DNA of 64,000 nucleotides from IMG/VR virus record IMGVR_UViG_3300030503_000315, positions 124,001 to 188,000 of that record. The stretch is one strand, 5' to 3'. Both the position numbers and the translations under genes were made by a program. Position 1 is the first letter of the stretch. Each line of letters starts with the position of its first letter. The notes beneath the pieces were generated by a model. The model was not told the origin of the DNA and did not search any database. It saw only the letters and a list, made by a program, of their open reading frames with translations. Below, piece after piece: positions 57,766 through 64,000 of the stretch.

Positions 57766-59797
57766 TCTTAATATCGAAGCAGTACCTCGCCTCGTTGAAG
57801 ATTCATTCCTGAATGCTTTGATGATAATGGCTGATACCAAGGGCGTAGTGTCGATAGACATGTTCGATACCTTGGTGACTCGCCGAGTGACTAGTCCGGT
57901 AGATGTATTCGCTGAGGTGGAGAAGCGCCTAGGTCTAAAGTATGGTTCCAAGGTAGAAGGGTTTGCCAAAGAGCGTGAGACTGTTGAACGCCAACTCTAC
58001 TCTGAACGTGGGGATACTGGCCATGAAGACGTCACGCTTGACATGATCTATTCTAGACTTACCTCTTACCCTTTAGAGGCTAAGCAGGTTGAGATGGATG
58101 CCGAGTTGGATGTCCTTGTTGCCTCGAAAGATCTTCTTAAGTTCACTCGACAACTCAACGCCCTCGATAAGCCATGGATAGTCGTGTCAGATATGTATCT
58201 GCCTGGCGAATTCCTAGCCAAGGCGCTGACCAAGTGTGGGTTCTCCGGATGGAAAAAGATTTATGTATCTGGAGACCTAGGAGCTACTAAGAATTCAGGA
58301 TCGATTTGGAAGTTGCATATTGGATGGTCCTATCCGTTAAATACTATTCTTCATGTCGGAGATAATGCACACTCTGATCTGAATATCCCATTGAGCTTAG
58401 GTATCGCAGTTCTTCCGTATAATCGGTTGAGGACAGTTACCCGAACTGGAGCACAGTTAGATCCCCATCTTCTTCCTTACTCTTATCTCAACCGTGATCT
58501 AGAGTTGAACATGATAGAGGACGCGACTGAGGATGACCAATGGCAACACCTCGGGCGTACGATGGGCGCGATCTTCATCAGTGCATTTATCAAGTGGATC
58601 GTCGAGAGGGCTAAGGCTACTGGGATAAAGCGTCTATACTTTTGCGCACGAGACGGTCACCTGTTGCACCGGGTGTGGAATTTACCTGGATCGGCTATAA
58701 GGTTCCCAGGTATAGAAGCCCGTTACCTAGATATCTCCCGGGCTCCACTGCAAATAGCGCGCGGGTACCTTGAATCGAATCCGAATTGGTTGTGTCCGCA
58801 GTTGATTGACTTCCTCATCATGGTGGATGAGAAAACTACGGTGGAGACTATCCAACGAAGAATTTCATCGGAGACGAATTCATATCTCGATCAGGATCTT
58901 CGAAAGGAATTCCCGACCATTATAATGGATAGACCTTATGGTGAGGCGATGGCAGCCTTGAGGGTAATCCTAAGTCGTTACTCTGAATGGATTTACGAGG
59001 CTATAAGACCCCTGGCTGAACGAACAAAATCTTATCTTCTCCAGGAAGGACTCGGAGAAGATATCAAGAGTGCTATCGTTGATACCGGATGGCATGCCAA
59101 TCAACAACGCTGCATAAGTACGATTGTTGATCGCCAGATCTCCGGCCTGTACCTTGGACTGTGGCGTAAAGCTTTGGGTGCAATTCCTAAAGCAGGATTC
59201 GCAGAGGGTGCGTACTCATCTCCTTTTGCGCACCAAGGAAAGGAAGAAGTGTCAGAGCTAATGATGTCAGTCAACATTATCGAATCATTGTTCACCTCAT
59301 GTGAAGGTTCGACATTTGACTACAAGCTTGACACCCGTTCCCGATGGATAGCAGTAACGAGAACGAACGATCTTGAGTATCAACAATACTGTACGAAGGT
59401 AAAGTGGTTCCAGCAGGGTGTGATGGATGTCGTTAGTGAGATTTTCAATGGGAGGAAGTATGCTACACTCTCACTTGAAGACTGCACCATCGAGGCAGGA
59501 CGATCGGCATTGAGTTATGTTTGCATGGGACCAACCTGGGATCAGCTACAGTTGATAGGAGGTCTGAATCATGCGTTCCTCTCAGATCACGATAACACTC
59601 AGACTCTAATAGATCAACAGTGGCCAGTAACAGACGATCAAGCAAACGCAGTATTGGCAACAAAGGGATGGGTGTTTGGAGTTCTCCTTAACTGGTATGC
59701 GATGGCTCCGATTCCGCAGAAGGGATGGATTCGTCGCATGGTCAATGAGAGGCTTGGCAACCTTAACGAAAGACGACTACGACCATTTTGGAAATGA
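57755..59797 (+). CDS. HAD-superfamily hydrolase of the polysaccharide-cluster type
   Basis: SIDMFDTLVTR, VSDMYL, HVGDN..SD, FCARDG, VDTGW; start trimmed to MTIDL. Confidence 0.85.
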   Translation: MTIDLNIEAVPRLVEDSFLNALMIMADTKGVVSIDMFDTLVTRRVTSPVDVFAEVEKRLGLKYGSKVEGFAKERETVERQLYSERGDTGHEDVTLDMIYSRLTSYPLEAKQVEMDAELDVLVASKDLLKFTRQLNALDKPWIVVSDMYLPGEFLAKALTKCGFSGWKKIYVSGDLGATKNSGSIWKLHIGWSYPLNTILHVGDNAHSDLNIPLSLGIAVLPYNRLRTVTRTGAQLDPHLLPYSYLNRDLELNMIEDATEDDQWQHLGRTMGAIFISAFIKWIVERAKATGIKRLYFCARDGHLLHRVWNLPGSAIRFPGIEARYLDISRAPLQIARGYLESNPNWLCPQLIDFLIMVDEKTTVETIQRRISSETNSYLDQDLRKEFPTIIMDRPYGEAMAALRVILSRYSEWIYEAIRPLAERTKSYLLQEGLGEDIKSAIVDTGWHANQQRCISTIVDRQISGLYLGLWRKALGAIPKAGFAEGAYSSPFAHQGKEEVSELMMSVNIIESLFTSCEGSTFDYKLDTRSRWIAVTRTNDLEYQQYCTKVKWFQQGVMDVVSEIFNGRKYATLSLEDCTIEAGRSALSYVCMGPTWDQLQLIGGLNHAFLSDHDNTQTLIDQQWPVTDDQANAVLATKGWVFGVLLNWYAMAPIPQKGWIRRMVNERLGNLNERRLRPFWK

Positions 59798-60825
59798 CAA
59801 TGGAACTTTATCCGACCTCAATGAGGAAGGTCTCGCCAGATGGCATGGATGGTGGAAAGGTTGGCATCATAATGCGAACGCAGAATCGCCCTATCCTGTT
59901 ATCTCGCGCACTGGCTTCAGTGTTGCATCAGAAGTACACCAACTGGAATCTCTTCCTCATCAACGATGGTGGCTCTATAGGTGATCTGGAAGCCGTAGTC
60001 GATCCCGTACGTTCTTCCTTGACCAATCGTTTGACGGTGATTCATCACGGAACGGCTAAGGGAATGGAAGCGGCAAGCAACGCAGGGCTGCAGAAAGCTT
60101 TTGATAGTCAGTGTCAATACATTTGCGTACATGATGACGACGATGCCTGGGACCCTGACTTCCTTTTCGAGACGGTGAAGTTCCTCGAAGATGATCCGAC
60201 GATGGCTGCTGTGGTGACAGAGAAGGTGATCATTAGGGAACGTATAGAAGGCGAATACGTCATCGAAGAAGGACAGGAACCAGGATTCGTCCCACCTCGT
60301 ATCACCTTCGCCAATCTGTGTGAGGCTAATCAGTTCCCACCTATCTGTTTGCTATTTCGTTCTTCCGTTGCCAAAAAGATAGGGATGTTCAATGCATCCC
60401 TGCCTGTACTTGGAGACTGGGACTATCACCTGAGAATTTTATTGGAAGGCGATATCGGAGTTATCCCGAAGAAGTTAGCTTACTATCATCACCGTCGTGC
60501 ATCAACTGATGCATACGGCAACACAGTAACTGCAGGTGCTGAAAGGCATGAGACGTATGGTGGATTGTTCATCAACTCTATGGTGCGACAACTAGCTCAG
60601 GAAAATCCTGGCTACATTGGGATACTCCATATCGTCCTGAAACGTCAGGCAGATTTGCATGTCAAGATGCGCGAACGGATCGATTACTATGAGAAGGCGC
60701 TACTTGATCTGCGTCCTATCATCCAGGATCAGAACAAGAAGGTGACGGATCTCACACAGAAGATTGACGCTCTACTGGGTTCACAACCTTGGTGGAAATT
60801 TTGGGACAAGAACAAAGGGAATTGA
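59788..60825 (+). CDS. GT2 glycosyltransferase
   Basis: RAL.SVL.Q.Y....INDGG, HDDDD, DWDY.LR; C-terminal coiled coil and PWWKFW. Confidence 0.9.
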   Translation: MEMTMELYPTSMRKVSPDGMDGGKVGIIMRTQNRPILLSRALASVLHQKYTNWNLFLINDGGSIGDLEAVVDPVRSSLTNRLTVIHHGTAKGMEAASNAGLQKAFDSQCQYICVHDDDDAWDPDFLFETVKFLEDDPTMAAVVTEKVIIRERIEGEYVIEEGQEPGFVPPRITFANLCEANQFPPICLLFRSSVAKKIGMFNASLPVLGDWDYHLRILLEGDIGVIPKKLAYYHHRRASTDAYGNTVTAGAERHETYGGLFINSMVRQLAQENPGYIGILHIVLKRQADLHVKMRERIDYYEKALLDLRPIIQDQNKKVTDLTQKIDALLGSQPWWKFWDKNKGN

Positions 60826-60826
60826 A

Positions 60827-61021
60827 ATGCGAGCTAAAGTTAAGGTAACAAGTAGTATCAAAACAAATCCAATGGACATTCTTGGGATGTATCCCGGTGC
60901 AACAGAAAAGTTCACCATCACGTTCCCCGCATCCCTGTGGCCTAACGTTACCGTACTGAAAGTCTACATGCCAGACGGAACTATCCTATCTCTTGATAAT
61001 GCACAAGTCTCAATGCAGTAA
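60827..61021 (+). CDS. Small protein with N-terminal VKVTS motif
   Basis: MRAKVKVTSS. Confidence 0.6.
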   Translation: MRAKVKVTSSIKTNPMDILGMYPGATEKFTITFPASLWPNVTVLKVYMPDGTILSLDNAQVSMQ

Positions 61022-61046
61022 ATAAGAGTTACATAAAGGAGGATTT

Positions 61047-61529
61047 ATGCCTTGGCAATCAACAAAAACTTTCGGGCATGAGCTTGGCATCTCATGTGCC
61101 TTCCGACAATGGAGAGCCACTCATTCTCATTGTCGCTTCCTCCATGGGTACGCACTAAGCTTCAAGTTTACATTCGAAGCTGATACACTGGACGATAAGA
61201 ATTGGGTCCAGGATTTTGGTTCCATGAAGCGCATCAAGGAAGAACTGCAGTATGACTTTGACCACAAGACAGTAGTGGCTCACGACGATCCGGAGTTTCA
61301 TTGGTTCGAAGAAGCGGCTGCTGCAGGGATTCTTGAGCTTACGGTTCTTCCTGCAGTAGGATGTGAGAAGTTTGCAGAGCACGCATATAATCTGGCCTAT
61401 AAACACCTGATCCAGGAAAAGCTAGATCACCGCATCCGAATTATTTCATGTGAAGTAGCGGAGCATGGTGCTAATTCTGCAATCTATACTCCTCGGCGTG
61501 AGTATAAAGACGCAATGACACAACCATAA
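61047..61529 (+). CDS. queD: 6-carboxytetrahydropterin synthase
   Basis: SHCRFLHGY, DFG, FDHK, GCEKFAE, E...NSA. Confidence 0.9.
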   Translation: MPWQSTKTFGHELGISCAFRQWRATHSHCRFLHGYALSFKFTFEADTLDDKNWVQDFGSMKRIKEELQYDFDHKTVVAHDDPEFHWFEEAAAAGILELTVLPAVGCEKFAEHAYNLAYKHLIQEKLDHRIRIISCEVAEHGANSAIYTPRREYKDAMTQP

Positions 61530-61541
61530 CAAGGATAGTAC

Positions 61542-62855
61542 ATGCCCGCTTACATCTGGGTTCCTGCCGGGTTTGATACCATGGGGCAGTTGAAGAAAGT
61601 AGGCATCAAGAAAGTCCCAAGGAAAAATGGTCGGTTCCAGATGAGTAAGAATGGGCTGACCGTTCAGGTAGAGGACAGAATCATAACGACGGACAAGGCG
61701 CAATTAAAGAAGTGCGACAAGGTTCTGAAGTATGGTCTATGGACTCCAGAGTTGATCGAGGAACATAACCTGAAGTTGGTCATGTTCAATTCAGCAACCG
61801 CAAGTCCAAGGATGCGTCCTCAAGATTTCGGAGTGGATGTCCTGACGGACTCCGGTGGGTATCAGCTAAAGACCGGGGTGAAGAAGTTCCTCGATCCAGC
61901 TGAAGTTGCACAGAAGCATAACAAGATGGGTTCTATAGGAATTTCATTGGACCTCCCGGTGACACCCGGTGAGCAGACGATTCTTCTTGATCGTCTGGCT
62001 CAGATGCAGCGCCGTAATAATGAGGTCTTCAAGAAAGAGTTGACGATCTCAGGGATGAATGTCAGTCACGGGTTCGACCTTATCAATCGTCAAAGATACA
62101 TCGAGCAAGTGTTTGACCCACACTTTGAGCGCATGGCCGTTGCTGGTTTGATTGGTCACCCACCAATTGACATCGTAGCACACCTTATCTGGATGCACGA
62201 CAAATATGGTAAAGGCGGTAAGATCAAGCACTACCATTTCCTTGGTATCTCCGGGTACGGAATCTTCTTCACCTTGTCGTACCTGGCTAAGCTATTGGGT
62301 CCTGAAGTAACGATTAGCTCAGATTCAACAACGTATCTGATGCATTCGAAGAATGTTCTTTTCTTCGACCCATTACGTTATTCAGGTTCACTGGATGTGT
62401 CGTCACGCAAGGTCATTCTGACACCCTCGACCCGTCTCCCCTGTACCTGCAGGCATTGTCGAGATCTCGAATATCTTAAGCCTATTGTTGATGGTCCAAA
62501 GGGGTTGACTATTTGCGTAGCTCACCACAACATGCTTGAGGCGACACGTCGAGTTCGTTCAGTAAATGATATGGTAGATGCTAATGATGCAGCAGGTCTG
62601 GCAAACATTATCAAGTTCATTAACCCCGTTAAAGCAGACGAGATAAATCGCGCACTACGTTTCGCAGACTCATTGATGCAGGCAGGACCTAAAGAGCGGC
62701 AGAGGATGTTGAGGCCTTGGGTTAAGACTAAATCGTTGTTCCAGATAAAGGCACATACGAAGAAAGATGTCGTACCCAAGACGAAGAGTGGGCAGCGATT
62801 CGTAAATATACTGGACGCATACGATGCCTACCATAACGAACATGGAATAAAGTGA
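61542..62855 (+). CDS. TGT-superfamily transglycosylase (DpdA-like)
   Basis: TDSGGYQ, LDLP, HFLG, DSTT, CTCRHC...H zinc site; adjacent to queD. Confidence 0.8.
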   Translation: MPAYIWVPAGFDTMGQLKKVGIKKVPRKNGRFQMSKNGLTVQVEDRIITTDKAQLKKCDKVLKYGLWTPELIEEHNLKLVMFNSATASPRMRPQDFGVDVLTDSGGYQLKTGVKKFLDPAEVAQKHNKMGSIGISLDLPVTPGEQTILLDRLAQMQRRNNEVFKKELTISGMNVSHGFDLINRQRYIEQVFDPHFERMAVAGLIGHPPIDIVAHLIWMHDKYGKGGKIKHYHFLGISGYGIFFTLSYLAKLLGPEVTISSDSTTYLMHSKNVLFFDPLRYSGSLDVSSRKVILTPSTRLPCTCRHCRDLEYLKPIVDGPKGLTICVAHHNMLEATRRVRSVNDMVDANDAAGLANIIKFINPVKADEINRALRFADSLMQAGPKERQRMLRPWVKTKSLFQIKAHTKKDVVPKTKSGQRFVNILDAYDAYHNEHGIK

Positions 62856-62862
62856 GAACACA

Positions 62863-63729
62863 ATGACTATCAATGTAGAGCAAGAGTATCTGAAGGTCGA
62901 AGGGCGTTATGAAGACCAGTATGGCCACTACTTGAAGTTCTTCCAACGGTTGGCTGAAGCTAATTTCAAAGAGCATCTGGCGTTCTGTCCTGCTTCATGG
63001 AAGCCGTTCGCAGAGTACATGGGTCACATGGTTACATCGGTCATTCATCACTTTGATTCCTGCAAAGTAATCGAAGCAATGTATCCGCACTATCATGAGT
63101 TCCCTGACCAACGTCATTTCATCGAAGTAGTATCTACGTTCCGGCCAGAGCTAGTTGATGCTCTGTGGAAATTTGACATGCAATGGGAAGTTCCCGATCA
63201 CATTCTTCTGGAACAACCGAGAGTACCGGCAGGTGAGGAAATCATTATCTCGAACAATGGTTCGTATCACCGCCGAGAGATTCTTGAGTACTTCCCCAAG
63301 CTTGATGACTACGTCCCACAGAAGGATAAGGTAGTACTGGTACCGTGCGCCGCAGATAAGCCTTATCCGGCTCCGCTGCACAAGGCAGTTCTCGAACGCA
63401 TGCCTTCGGATTTTTATCTAGCCAATATTACCGGAGTGATCGGTGTAGTTCCACAAGATCTGTGGTCAGAGATGCCCATGTATGATTCGGGCATCCCGAA
63501 TGAATGGCGTCTGGTGAATGTAGCTACAGAGTATTTCAAGAAGCACCGTCATACGAAGATCATTGTGTACCTTGACTTCTATTCGATTCCACTTAAGACA
63601 GCGTTCGAAAAGGCGGGTGTCGATCTTGATATGGTGACTTGGGTTAACCCTGTAGAATTTTATGCAGACTACCTGGACCTCCTCGATCCGTATCGCCTCC
63701 ACCAACTAGAGCAAGCATTCAAGAACTGA
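62863..63729 (+). CDS. DUF5591 (ArcS-associated) domain protein
   Basis: VLVPCAADKPY...H, G.VP.D.....P.YD. Confidence 0.7.
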   Translation: MTINVEQEYLKVEGRYEDQYGHYLKFFQRLAEANFKEHLAFCPASWKPFAEYMGHMVTSVIHHFDSCKVIEAMYPHYHEFPDQRHFIEVVSTFRPELVDALWKFDMQWEVPDHILLEQPRVPAGEEIIISNNGSYHRREILEYFPKLDDYVPQKDKVVLVPCAADKPYPAPLHKAVLERMPSDFYLANITGVIGVVPQDLWSEMPMYDSGIPNEWRLVNVATEYFKKHRHTKIIVYLDFYSIPLKTAFEKAGVDLDMVTWVNPVEFYADYLDLLDPYRLHQLEQAFKN

Positions 63730-63731
63730 CC

Positions 63732-64000
63732 ATGTATATCCAGTACAAACGAACTCACGAATTCCAAGCGTCGCATTTCAACGAAACAAACTATGGTCGT
63801 TTTGAAGATACCGTAAATTTTCAAAACATCAATGTTGAAAAACGCGTAGCCTGGACTTATGACAACTCCGTAGAATACTACTTGAGTGCAGAACTCCTCA
63901 TTGGTTTGTTACGTGATATCCATGGGCACAACTTCAAAGCTGAAGTCGTGTTGCTGGCGGAAGTGGACGATAGTTACTCATCCTACATCCTAGCAGACGA
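63732..64000 (+). CDS. Partial ORF (runs off window edge)
   Basis: ATG at 63732, open to end. Confidence 0.55.
   Translation, partial: MYIQYKRTHEFQASHFNETNYGRFEDTVNFQNINVEKRVAWTYDNSVEYYLSAELLIGLLRDIHGHNFKAEVVLLAEVDDSYSSYILAD

Overview
Window from a large (jumbo-type) lytic dsDNA bacteriophage, probably of a proteobacterial host. Evidence: dense small ORFs, phage replication, lysis and DNA-modification genes, tRNAs and no housekeeping operons. Genes run on the minus strand from 1 to ~15.8 kb and on the plus strand from ~16.1 kb to the end. At the divergence point is an iteron/palindrome cluster next to a gene II/X-type rolling-circle initiator-like gene and a GIY-YIG gene. Recognisable functions: Mre11/SbcD nuclease, PrkA(YeaG)-YeaH-SpoVR(YcgB) trio, DUF550 nucleotide hydrolase, GNAT, GroES, four intact tRNAs, HNH endonuclease, glycosyltransferases, DEDD exonuclease, HAD/HD phosphatases, a split family A DNA polymerase, primase, two-component spanins and a QueD/TGT(DpdA)-like/DUF5591 7-deazaguanine cluster. 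The most unusual element is a ~1.1 kb promoter-to-terminator RNA (41.5-42.7 kb) containing two circularly permuted tRNA modules (3' half upstream of 5' half). Their acceptor stems are extended into long helices, and one of them loops out an entire HNH ORF. Other notable patterns are a tandem array of divergent genes sharing a C-terminal DLLQLMxDI tag, a scattered N-terminal MRxxVKV(T/S)S tag, a pervasive AGTAAATA promoter motif and two further structured ncRNA candidates. All family assignments come from motif recognition by eye; no database search was run.
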